A stretch of DNA of 64,000 nt from Oculina patagonica (lineage: Eukaryota), in contig NC_135763.1 of assembly GCF_052425735.1 (NCBI RefSeq), positions 33,666,001-33,730,000 on the forward strand, read 5' to 3'. The notes under the pieces are model-generated. The model did no database searches. It was not told the DNA's origin and worked only from the letters and a program-made list of their open reading frames with translations. Both the position numbers and the translations under genes were made by a program. Positions 11,061-23,837 of the stretch are shown piece after piece; the stretch's first letter is position 1, and each line of letters starts with the position of its first letter.

Positions 11061-14000
11061 AAGCGCATTTAAATTCTCTAAAAGAATTCTTTTACGAGCG
11101 CGCGCCGTTGGATATGAGATGGTAGATAGACAACGAGGCGCGTAGCGTCGAGTTGTCTATAACGATGTCATATTCAACAAGAGCAAGTGGAATGATTGTT
11201 TTATTAAAAACGCCCAAAACGTTTTTGAGCTTCCCAGGTCAGCTGTTTTCGTTGACGCGAATCAGCCACCATATTTGTGTCAATTGTATATGAGCTTTTA
11301 TTTAAAACTAGCAATGGTATATTGCAATCTCTGCGATTTGATTGGTTAACAGGCAATGGTATATGAGCTCATATACCATTGGCCACAAATATGGCAGCCG
11401 ATACGCGTCAACAAAAACAGCTGGGAGCTCAAATATTGCAATTCTTTGGGCGTTTTTAATAAAACAATTATTCCACTCGCGCTTGTTGGACATGAGATCG
11501 TTATAGCCAACTCGGCGCTACGCGCCACGTTGGCTATCTACCATCTCATATCCAACGCGCGCTCGTGGAATAATTGTTAAGTAAACCATTGCCTGTTAAC
11601 CAATCAAAACGCAGGAATTGCAATATACCATTGCTAGAATTTAATAAAAAAGGGAGATGATTAATGATGTGTGATACTGCCGGCTGCCGCGGTAATTTCA
11701 GACTTGCTCGGAGAAAAAAAGACTGAAAAAAGCCGTTTAACCCATAACAAACCAAGAACGCAATGCTCATTAAACGGTATGGAAGTTAAATTCCAATATT
11801 TCAGAAGGCATGCACAGCCTTCCTTCCTTTATCTGTAAGACCCTGAAGAAGGAAGGCCGTGCCTTCTGAAATATTGGAATTTAAATATACTCCCTGTATT
11901 TGAGTGAAACTTTACGAGGTTAAAAGAAAAGAAGAAGAAGAAAAAAGAAAAAATGAAGAAAAAATGTTTTTGAAACACCACCAGACAGTTAACCCCCAAG
12001 CAAGAGCCCTCCAGGTTGTCAGGGGGACTGTCTGGTGCCCGTCTACCAATTTTAAACTTCAAATTCTAATTTTAAAATCACATTAGATCTCCAAGATTTT
12101 TATTTCTCTAAATTTTGCTTATCCTTTTTCGTCCCCAAAAAATCACAATATCACCCAAAAATTCACAAAACACCGCCAAACATAGATTTTTGAAATGAGC
12201 ATATAATTTTTCAAGTTGATGGTAAATATCGGAAGTGTTTGGAAAATGAACTACTTTAATTTCAAAGCAGTGAAGATAAAATAATGCAATGAGTTTTGTA
12301 AGCAAAATTTAAAATCGTTCTGTAAAACTGTTCGAGCAGCTTCTTGGCTCAGTCATCATAATTATGCTTTTTTTTTTTAAAGTTATTTCGGACTGGATTT
12401 TTGCTCCTCAAAAATCCCTCAAGATAGTTTTAAGTATGTCAATGGATTGAACATCAGCGCCACTGTAATTTTTTTTATTGTGGCGGGAGGGGGTTGGGAA
12501 AGATATTGTCGGCGGTCTTTTATTAAGAACCGCTGTACCAAGTTCAAGAGTACAGCAGGCTTGACAAGGAATTCAGTTAAAACGACGCGTGACTTAAACT
12601 GGCTTCTGGGCAATCAAAACAGCAGGATCGCATTCTTCGAGAAAGAAGCATCCACATTTTCCTCAGGAAAAAAGGTAAGTACACAGTTACTAATGAACCT
12701 AATGCGAATCTAAAGGTTAGATGCCCCTGAATAATGTTTACATCAAGCGTAACACTAAAAACGTACAACACAAACATAAACAAACGCGTCGGTTCACATT
12801 TACTCTATTTTCAATATAACTCGTTGGTTTGTGGTGAGATTTCCGTATAGACTTCTACTTAATTATGCATACAGTTTCTTTCCTACTACACTTTACACAC
12901 AAACAGCAGTCAGGAATAGAACGAGACTGTCAAAAGTTTATGTATTATTGGGTATGACGTTATACGCTTTCTTGTTATTGCAAGCTTTGCAAAGTCACGA
13001 GATATGGTCAGATATAGTCGCAAAAAGTCACGAGATGTAAAAAAAAAATCATCGAATTATTCTCGGTTCTAAGTAAAGTATTGTTTGCTCTGTCTTAATA
13101 TATTAAAAATTCTGATCAAAACCAATCTGTTCTGAGATGTAAGTTCAATATTTGTCGAGTATAAAATCAAATTATTTTACGGCGCTGAAGCAATAGACTG
13201 CGTGATCGCGAGTTAAGATGGTGACCCAGACTTCCGCTGAAGGAGGAAGAGTTTTTTTGGGCTTACGTCTTGGTGGTTGGTCAAACAAATCACTTTAAAC
13301 AGGAGCCGGACATGAGCTCAAGGCTACTTGAAATGAAGTGTCTTCATACTCGCTAATACGAGTCAGTGGAAAGCTTGTTGCAATAGCAGGTATATTACAA
13401 AGAAGTGAAGCGATACAAAATATGGCGCCAAAATTCAACTTTCGCTTGCGCTAATTGCGATGTTCAGTACCCAATTTATATTTGTTGACCGCGATTCGAC
13501 ATTAGAGTCTCACAATGCGACATTGGAGTCTCACGATAAATTTCTAATGTAGAATCGCGGTCGACAGAGAAAAAATGGGAACTGTTTGGCGAGGATCAGG
13601 AGGATATAACGCCATAGATACATGTACACTGTCAGTAGCTGACATGTGTTCCTTGCTTCACTTCTGTACACTTCTTGCAGCCGCGAACGATCTTGATTGG
13701 AACTATTTTAACGCCGGTTAAAAACAGCAAGCAGAGTACTTCTTGAAAACTTTAACTTCAGATTTGTGTCAAAATGAATTCCAAATGTAAGAAAAAACGT
13801 CACCATGGATTTGTTGCAGTATAAAATGAATTTCCGTCAGGTCAAAATGACTTCAACCTTGTTTGATTTGTGTATTTTTCTTTGTTTAAGGATTATGGTA
13901 ATAAATCTGGAACAAAAGGGAAAAACATATCGAGATAGTTGGAAATCATTTCGATCAAGCTGGCACAAACTGAAGTGAAAACGATTCATTTCTGTGTACT

Positions 14001-17000
14001 AATTAAAATCACGTGCTTCAGTAGGGCTGACTTCAATCCGGACGGGGAAATGTTAGTTGGTTCTCCCACTTCTGCGCAACGACCCGGTACAAAAAAAAAC
14101 ACAAAAGAATCATTCAGAAGAGACTTGACTTGACTTTTTAAAGACCTGTAAACCACGTTTCAAACCACCACACTAACAATTCTGCCAGAGATGTACAATC
14201 AGTCCCTTTCAGATCATTAATTCGTGCAAAATCGTCCATGACCCCAAGTCGATAGGTCACTCCAGAAATCAGAAACCCTTTTGAGGAGAGGGGAGAATTT
14301 TCTATACATTTGCATGACAGCAGCTTGTTTATCTTTTTTCTCAAAACGATTTTGCCTCTTTAAGCCGCGCAGGAAACATGTTTTTCCAAAATATGTTTTT
14401 AAATCTGCCCCAGAAGTATTTTGTTATTTCACTTCTGAAACACACATTTTTCATACGAGACAGAACGGGAATTTGTAACATGCTTTAATATAAAGCGCTG
14501 GCAGTCTCTTGTTGCAATCGCCGTCAACAAAGTTTTCCTTCAAGGACCTCTGCAATGTTGTAAAACTAACTGACGAGATGAACTTAATTTAAATGAGAGA
14601 CATTGTTGACTACCATTTAATTTTCCGCCATTTTTTTAATTTTTTTTTCTCGCGCCACACGCGAACACAAACGCGCGTGAATCGATTAGCGGTTTTGTTT
14701 TGATGTATGTTGAACAAATTGAAGTTAGTTTGTAATATGCGTCAGTCCTTTTATTGATATTATTGAATTGCTTCACAACACCGCCACAGTTGCTATGGAT
14801 TGTTAAAAGCGTTTGCTTTGTTTTTGTTTATGCTTCTTTTGCTTTAAAAATAACAAACTACATAATGAATTAAAAGCTGGCACGGCCTCGCATATTTGTA
14901 TCTGTCTGATCCATAATTGACAGTGGATATTTATTTAGCCAATGCGCGCAAGGGAAATTTGACAGTTATTGTTAAATAAAATAAAGTGCATAGCTTTTTC
15001 AATATAGCATAACCTGTCACTGGTAACACGTAATACAAAATACATCAATAAGCAATGAAGCTAATGTAATCCGCTCTCCTGCCGGCTGCTTTAAGTACTT
15101 TGCCCTTCGTTGTACATCGATTACTTAACGAAAATGTTAAAAGTTTATAACAATTCATGATTTTGTTTCCTACACAAAGGGAAAAAGAAAACAGCACTTA
15201 GCGGATTAGTTGATCAGGGGAAATGAATACAACAAAGTCCAGCAACCTAACCAGGTACGTATATATTTGTATATATGGATTTCCGTGCAAATTGAACTTA
15301 AATTTGAATAGCCGGGACCAGAGGACCTGAAAATATTGATTTGAACTTGAAAAAGACTCCAGCTGAGCGAACAACTTTAAACAGCGTACAGCAGCGAGCA
15401 AAACTTCTGTTGAAACAAGTTTGTGGTACAGTAATTTAATTTCTAACAGTCATAGACATTAGGAGTTGAAAGTTCTGCAAGCTTTACAGCTCACGACAAA
15501 TTCAATTTTCCATATATCCGGTCATACGTCGATTTTAAGTGAATTTCTTGATTCCGCCTTTAAAGGGTTTTACCACTTTAATGGTTTCTTTGGTTAAATA
15601 TGGAAACTGAAATTAACAGTCATGTCAGTCAAACCATACATATTTGACAGGACTGAATCCGTTTCATTCGGCAATTTTAATTTTGCAAAAGCTCGCTAAT
15701 TTCTTGAACAGCAGTTGATTTCCACGAAATTCAAACTAGATGGGAATCCTTTCTTGTTTTTCTAATCCATGTGCCCTAGGTTCAGCGTTCAATTGAATTT
15801 GTTTCGAAAGTCGATACAGCCATAACCTGAATTCAGCCCCGTCTTCTCGATCGGTCGACCTTAGATGATATTCATGCTACAAATACAACCGATGAGAAAA
15901 AGCGAAGAAAAGAAAGAGAGTACAGCTGAATCTCTGCACATTGGTTCAGTTTTGAGCCATGCATTCCCTCACAAAAAACGCGGTCACTTTTCAAACTTTC
16001 CGGAAAATTATATCTTTGTCAGTTGAGCTTAAGACCGAACCTTCCGTTTACATGAATTACTAACTTCCTTGCGATCACTTTCCCATGCAAAAAGAAAACC
16101 ATTTTATAGAAAAACGCACATATACAAAAATCTAATGTACTAATGCATTATGACATCCACACCAAGTAAGGACATTAGGCTAAAATGTTTACCGTTGGAG
16201 TTTAGAGGGAAAACTTTAAGAGCTAAAAAAAGACCTAGGCCCTTCCGAAAGAACATGTGTTTTGCAGTGTTAACACCCATTGAAAGGAGTGATATCAAGG
16301 CTTTTAATCTGGTAATGAATTACGAGTAAACGCCTGCTGACACGACCGTCGAACTGAGCAAATAACATAAAATTTATTTTAGCTTGCATTGTGACATTTT
16401 AATATACTTTAGCGAATAGATCAATCACTTGTTTTTCGTTTTTACGTTCAGAATATCAAATCTTCTTTCCTGATTTCCTTACGTAGCTAATATACTAGCT
16501 CGAACAGTCCATAGTGTTACATCAACATCATCTGACTTTACGATCTTCGATATTTTCGTTAGTTTTCTGTCTAATAACGTATTGATGTCATTTATAAGGA
16601 CACTAGATGCCTTTCAAGAGATATTTTAAATTTTAAAAAATACGTTTCTCTCAAATACTCCTTGAGACTCTCCTGCGTTTTCCGTTGTCAAAATAATCTT
16701 TAGAACCTTTTTCTCCAAAACCATCTTTGCGTTTTATTAGAATTTAAAAGACTTAAAAAAAGCATCTTTGATTTATAATTTTTTTTTATTTGGAACTGAT
16801 GCTAATCTCGGTGGATATTTTTCCGGTCTAAAGTAATTGAAAACGATGCTTCCTTTTGATTTGTTTGCAGTTGAATCAATAAAGCTTGTATGCAAACATT
16901 CTTAGCTAAGTTGTTGCCAGCTGAAATGATATCATCCGAGCAATATATTCACAAAGCCATCTTTAAGGGTAAACAAAATGTACTTATTATATAATATACA

Positions 17001-19469
17001 AATAATGATATTTCCGAGCATGTGCAATTACACCTTTAAATTCAATGTTCTTTGTGAATACCGATTTTATTTCTTACGAGACGCAGCGCGGAAATATCAA
17101 CTACAATTTCGAAAGCAAGATTTTTATTTTCTCTTGGCGATGAACTTAACAGAATTGTACTTCCATTGAGCTACATATTTTAAAGAAAAGTTATTTGAGG
17201 CATCTTTCAATTTTTCGTTTACTGAACGAGTGCTGCTCAAGAAAAGGAACAAAGAAAGCGAACAAAGTGATCCGTCAAGTAGATTACAGCGACAGCTTAA
17301 AATGCTCAACCAACTAATGTAAGTAACAAAGAGAATTGCCTGTATAATGACCGTATAATGTTGTATTGTATATCGGGGTTTATTTCATAGTAGAGAAAAG
17401 TACAATTCCATTGTTTTCTCATAAGAGGCGCACGCTGTTATTTGTGTGGTAAACGAAGATTTTGTATATTATATTCCGGTCAGGGACTTACAGATTTAGT
17501 GAACAGTAAATACAACTCTTCGAACTATTGTTGGTCGTTGGTTTAGCGTCGCGGAACCGACATTTTTCAACTGAAGTGAAAAGGCAATATTGAGAGTAAT
17601 CGACAAAACTAAACTGACAAAAATGGCATTTATCCGGGGTGCGGCTGGATTAGTGTTGTGGCTTCAGTGTCTCCATGGGGCATCTTTTATTGATTGCAAG
17701 CTGAGATAGATCTGTGACATTGTTAGGCAGTACTTTCGGCGAAATTAATTTTTTCAAGGTTTGTATGATAGTAGTTTCTATACGTAAGTACAGAAGGGTT
17801 GTTTTACGAGTGTGTCACTGCAAACACTGCCCGGCAAGATCACTTGCCTACTAAAAATTTATATTAATCTCAATAAAATTAAACAATAGCCTGGTAGCGT
17901 TCATTGAAAAAGAATCCCTTTCCGTTGTTTTTTTCTCGCAACATTTTCAATTCATTGTTATGTTGAGCATTTCAGCTCACCGCCGTGCATCCGATAATGA
18001 CCGTTGGCGAGAGGTCGTTTTTGTGTGTGCTACAAAAACAAAATTTAAAGTAAAAGTAAAAGGGTACATTTTAGCAGAATTCTTATTCTCTAGAGACCTG
18101 GGTGGCATAGATTTTTCTTTAGAGTCACACCTTCTATATTTCAAAGGCGGCCTCAAATCTTGATAGCATAAACGCGCTTTTAAGCTTTTGAACTTAAAAA
18201 TTCAGTACCAAATCGTTTACTATTCTTTGCATTTTAATTTTTTAAGTACGTTTGTGGTCTTTAATGTATTTCTGAATTCACTGTACTGAGTCAGCAGATT
18301 TTTGCAGCAAAACGAAAGTTTTAATTGCATTACTTTATTGTTTTAATTGCATTACCCTAACTTCATCTCTGTTTACTCTCTTATTTAGCGAAGAATATGC
18401 TCTTTTGTCAACTCTATTTTGTTGGCAAAATTTGCATAATAATAACAATAACCGAATTTTACTGTGTGTACATAAGCCTGTTATAGCATTTGTTTAAATG
18501 GCCTGTGTTTATTGAATGTAGGTAGCCGTCATTTGTCGATATCTTTGTGTTTGTGGTGCAATAACAAATATAATATCAATCGGAAAAAGTCCCGACCATT
18601 CTTTATTGAAAGCAATATATATCTTGTTAATTTTAATTCTTCGCCATTTCCATAAAATAGAAAAAGCAGTCTTAGCGAAAGTAATTGTTGAAAATTGAAT
18701 TGAATTTAGACTTGCTGACCGGCTGTACGATTGTACCATTAATATTGCCTATTGGGCCTGGTCTAACAGACGAATGGTCCAACAGGCCACGATTGTGACT
18801 GAAGTGAGTCCGTGATTCATTAGTCCAGTGGTCTACTACTCAGTCACGGTCCATGATGAATGGCATTGTATTATTGCCTGCCTGAGCAGTGCTCTGTTGT
18901 TCTGTTGGGCCATTGAGCTCTGTAGTCTCTTTAACATGGGTTTTTGGGGTGAATCCCACAAACATTTGCAAAGGAGTTTATTCAGATTCCGGACTGGACT
19001 ATCGCTAAGCGGACCATCGGACCAACGGACCAGTAGAACATCGGACTCTTGGACAAGTGCATCACGAATTTGTTCAGTACCAAGAGTAATTTTGAGAATG
19101 ATAAAGGCCGCAAGTTGTTGCGCCGGGTTTTTAAATATATGCGACTTCTGACATTCAAACTTGAACTAATGGTTTACGTTTTTCGCTGTCATCAATCATC
19201 TTTATAGCGGTCCTCTCAGGAAACAGAAGTTCACTGCAACCGGGTCAAAAGATCACGTCTGTCAGTTGTGATTGATAGATTTCGATCCATTTTGTTTGTT
19301 TCTGTCTTTCAAGGTTTGTTGGCTGTCGCCATAATTATGATTGACGGCAGCAAAAAGCGCAATCGTTAGTTGGGTTTTGAATTCAGAGTTCGCATGTTTT
19401 TGAAAACCGCAATAAATGTAATCAATTTTGTATTAATTGACTTTTTTTGGTTTTTATTTCAGTCCCAGT

Positions 19470-20429
19470 ATGTCTCCATCTGACGAGACTGCATTGATCC
19501 TGGGGTACATACAGATAGTATACATCATATCCATTATCTGCTTGGCGTTTATTGGTAACATTCTTATCTTCGTTACAATCTGCAGCATAAGACGTCTGCA
19601 TACAATTGATAACATGTTCATTGCCAACTTGGCTGTCAGCGATTTCTTTTTCACGCTCATCGAAACATCTGCAAATACTACACGGGAATTTAATCCGGAC
19701 TGGCAATCACCTCATGAGTTTGTATGTTATGTAATACTGGCGGCAAGTGTCCTCTGTGCCTCAGCCTCGGTTTCCACTCAAACAGCTGTGGCCGTTAATC
19801 GATATCTCGCCATTACGCGGCCGCTTCAATACCCAAACTTTGTAAATAAAAGAAGAGTCTTTATTGCCATTTTAGCGATATGGATTTGTGCCATCGTTCT
19901 CGCTTTGCCTCCCTTGATATGGAGACCGCTTGAAGTTATTTGTGGAGTAGAGGTGGCTTACGATAAACACATTACCTACGAGATAGTTTACATGACAGCC
20001 GAGTGGATTTTAATCTTCGGGATACCATTCGGAATCATGTCTGTTATTTATTTCCGAATATACAAAATAGCCCGAAGCCACGCCAACCGAGTGAGGCCTG
20101 GTGCGTCCACGGAAGAGTCTGCGTCGACTTCAGGCAGCGGTTCAAGCACTAGAAAAAACAACATCTCGAACTTCAGGAGAGAATTTAAGGCCGCAAAAAT
20201 GCTTGTTACAATAGCTGGGGCTTTCTTATTGAGCTGGTTTCCTTTTTTCTTGACTCTAACTTTGTGGAAATTTTATAAAGGAGTCCACGATCATCCTAAG
20301 GTGTTCACGACGTTTCTTTACATTGTATACACTGTGCCCGCCATTAATCCCGCTACTTACGCGTTCTGGTCGCGGGACATACGAAGTGGAATAAAACAGC
20401 TTTTGACTTGCTGGAAACGAGGCAGCTAG
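19470..20429 (+). CDS. Class A GPCR, biogenic-amine (histamine H2/adrenergic)-like orphan; single coding exon after a 5'UTR intron
   Basis: Acceptor ttttatttcAG at 19462, ATG at 19470. Motifs GN, NLAVSD, AVNRY (DRY variant), WICA..LALPP, REFKAAK, SWFPF, INPATY. Confidence 0.92.
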   Translation: MSPSDETALILGYIQIVYIISIICLAFIGNILIFVTICSIRRLHTIDNMFIANLAVSDFFFTLIETSANTTREFNPDWQSPHEFVCYVILAASVLCASASVSTQTAVAVNRYLAITRPLQYPNFVNKRRVFIAILAIWICAIVLALPPLIWRPLEVICGVEVAYDKHITYEIVYMTAEWILIFGIPFGIMSVIYFRIYKIARSHANRVRPGASTEESASTSGSGSSTRKNNISNFRREFKAAKMLVTIAGAFLLSWFPFFLTLTLWKFYKGVHDHPKVFTTFLYIVYTVPAINPATYAFWSRDIRSGIKQLLTCWKRGS

Positions 20430-21423
20430 GAAAAGAAGAACTGTTCCTATGACTAAAGGGCTGGACTGTATTAATAATTGTTAATAATAATATTGGTATG
20501 TATATAGATGGATGTACTATAGTTATGCAACGCTTTCAAGTGGTATATTATATATTCCGGTTTTTTTTTTGTTGTTTGGGGGGGTGTGTGTATAAAAAAA
20601 AAATGTGAGATGTGGGATTTTTAGTATGGTTTGTTTTATTTTTATATATATAAAATATTTTTTTGTAAACCGTCGGGAAGTGGGTTGATATAAATTTCTT
20701 TTTTTTTTTTTGAAATAGACGTATTAAACGACGTTCTTTCATGCGGTTCAGTAAAGCAACAGGTTATTAGCTTGTTACAGCATACCAATATTTTAGTGTT
20801 TCTTTTTTCTTGACGAGGGCGTGACGCATGAACCAGTGATATATTCTGACAGAATATTGAGACCAATTTCAGGAATGGAAAGGATGGACAGCACATTATG
20901 AACAGAGAACGTTCAATGCAAAGAAAGAATTCTTCCTACATTGTCTGTTTATGATCAGACTGATAATTACTGAGAGTTAATTTAGATAGCAAAGATGACA
21001 GACCATGCATAAATTTAAGTCATTTTATTGTGAATTTAATTTATTAGAAGAATTGAAATTTTACAACACAGTCTCCTTTCTTGATAATGCAAAACAAATT
21101 CAATGCTGTTCATTCTTGAGTGACTTCTTTTTATTTCTTTTCTAAACTTCTCAGCCAATTAAAAAGCCAACAACCGCGCGTGCAAATAATCAGCACGAGA
21201 TTACCATGACGACTCCGTCTCCCAGCCTTTCTTGGGTTTTTTATTGGTTAAGAGATGGAAAATCAACAAAAATGCCAAAAATTAATTTAAATAATTTATC
21301 GAGTCGAAAGACGTTCCATTTTGTAAACCGGTGTCCAATTTCTCTTTCACTAGCAGGAGCCCAAAGATTCATTTAATGGCAACAGGCCATAATTCAACTG
21401 TTTTAAGAAAACGAATTAATAAA

Positions 21424-23066
21424 TCACTTCCTACAATGCCCTTCCCTGCACGCTTGACACCGTTGGGAGTCATGTGGCCGACGCATTTTACCATGTCTTT
21501 TTTTGATGTCAGGTTCTTTGCTTGGAAAATTGTAGAACGCCTGTGAAACGGAAATGATACACGCATTTGTCAATTAAACGAGTACAAATACAACAAGATT
21601 GGAACTTCAGTGAAAAGTGTTACTGAATGGCCAGGAGTTGACTTGCTTGCCCTGAAGAAGTAAAATGGTACTTCTTTATCATTTTATATTTTTTTACCGA
21701 ACAGTCATGCGTAATATGGTGGAGGGAAACGATGAACAAGCTAATCAGTAAATGAAACTACTCGTTAAAATGATTAGGTAGCCGGTGGTAAGCGCGGGCA
21801 AACATGTAACTTGTTGGATGCAAGGGAAAATACTGAAAGCAAAAGATGACAAGTGCGGGAAATTATGCAACCAATAGCAACCGCGAGAAAGCGCGGTAAA
21901 ACACTCAACCGATAGCAAGCGCGGAAAACACGTTAACAGTGGCTAGCGCGGGAAACCGAGATGCCACTGGACCGGAAAGATCACATTGAGTAGTCATTGG
22001 AAAACAGCTCTCACTTTCATTATATCGCATACAACGTCGAAACCCTGGTTTGCGTGACCTGGGGAGGGAGTCAAACGTACCTCTCCTATCTTCTGATGAA
22101 CGTTCTTTAGCACTTTTTCAACCTCTTCACGATACCATCTCGGATCCAGGAAATCGTCATCGTCACATCTCCTGCACTGCTGACCGTACACCTTAAACCT
22201 TAAGGAATCTAAAGGAGAAGAAACGTTTTTCACCATTAAACCATTGATCATTCCTTCTTACGATATCTATAAATTGACACAAATTCTGAACAAACATTTA
22301 ATCAGCATGAAATAAAAACTTGTTCCAGGGGTGAATTGCTAGGAACCATGGGAACTACTTCCCTTTTCGCATTTCTTCGCTGGTGAAGTGACAGAAGTCC
22401 CGAAACGTCCGAGAAATTTTGTATTTCAGCGCATTAACAATATTTTTGTTTAATTTTTGTCATATCATACCTTTGCTACACAGTTTTCCTGATTTGTGTT
22501 TTTCAAATACTCCCTTTTTCGCAATTGACCGAGCCCGCAGTGTTTGTTACAGGTTGCTAAGAAACATTAAGTATTCCTTATAAGGACATGTTGACATGAC
22601 TCTTGTTGCGCGCCCAAGTGTCGTTGAACCAAAAAGACAAGTGCAATGTTGAAATAAAATAAACAGACGGGCTTAAAACTAAATCTTACAAAAAAATTCA
22701 CGTACAAAGATTTCTCGTTTCCTTTGTTGATGCGTTGCCAGAATCATTGCGGTCCTCTCCATCTTTTCCCTCGTTTTTCCCCTTTTTTCCATTCGCCTGT
22801 ACTTCTTTTCTTCTCTCACTCTCGTCGATTTTCTTGAACCAAAATATAACTCTGCCTGCCATTGAAGTCCAACTATTTCCACATTCACAGCCGAACTTCA
22901 CTTTGGCACCGTCTTTGAACTGTCGCCATTTCTTTGGCATGTTAGTTTTGGTTGGCTCCAGAGTCCACTCGTCCGGACTGAAGGCCTGGAACATTTCATC
23001 AAAGGTCGTGTGCCAGTGTTCTTTCAGGTTCAGATGCGGCGTGACGTCATCAAACCGAGAAGCCAT
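21424..23066 (-). CDS. zf-3CxxC / receptor-transporting protein (RTP)-like, 201 aa, no C-terminal TM helix
   Basis: Exons 23066-22706, 22208-22081, 21540-21424 (phases 1, 0; total 606 nt). Motifs W..F, KFGCECGNSWTS, FKVYGQQCRRC, PHDSQRCQACREGHC. Confidence 0.88.
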
Positions 23067-23837
23067 ATGTTGTTTAAGTTCGACTTTCTTTGAATAAGAG
23101 AAAATTTCGTGGAGGGAATAACAGAGAGATTGGCGGTTAATTTTAATGAGGCCATAGTATACACATAGATAGGAAGGCTCTCATTCCTGACTTGATTTAA
23201 ACAAAATGACATTTTTTCGGAATTATATAGAAATAAAACTGAGCTAAAACTGAAATCGGAAAGCGAAGGATAAAGTTAAAAATATTAATGACGGAGTCGG
23301 CATGAAGACCTTGGACTACAAAGGCACAGCGGGGTAAATAAATATTTTTTCGATAAGCTAAATAAAATAAGCCGTATAAAACCACTGAGAGTTTAAAAGT
23401 AAAGTTACTAACCTGATATTTAGAAAACCTTTTTACATAACAATGCATTAAAATGACTCCTGAGTTAAATAGCTTTAAATAGTTCAGCAAGCTTGATTGT
23501 CCCGGCAGGGTGTCCCGAACTTCACTACGACTTCGTCTCGAGCGTATCAGCAGAGAATTACAATTAGACGGAAGCTCGTTTCATTTTCAAGAAATTTTGT
23601 ACTGATACACGTTCGAAACCCATCTTAGAAGTCCACGCAGTTTGTAAGAGCAAGGGTGGCCACATAAATCAGTATTATAAAACTAATGTGAACGGCGTTT
23701 GCCACTCACAAAAAATTGGCCGCATAGAGGATGCTCATGAATTTCACACCTGTTCAGTCGCTCACGGAAGAAAGCCGGAAGTTGATTTGTAATTTCGGAT
23801 AGTAATTTTAAATGTAGTATCTGTACTATAGGCTTAA

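Noticed and set aside
12400-17330. Additional protein-coding gene between the GPCRs
   Set aside because: Only isolated splice-donor-like sites (12675, 17319) are seen, possibly 5'UTR exons of the second GPCR; no supportable ORF.
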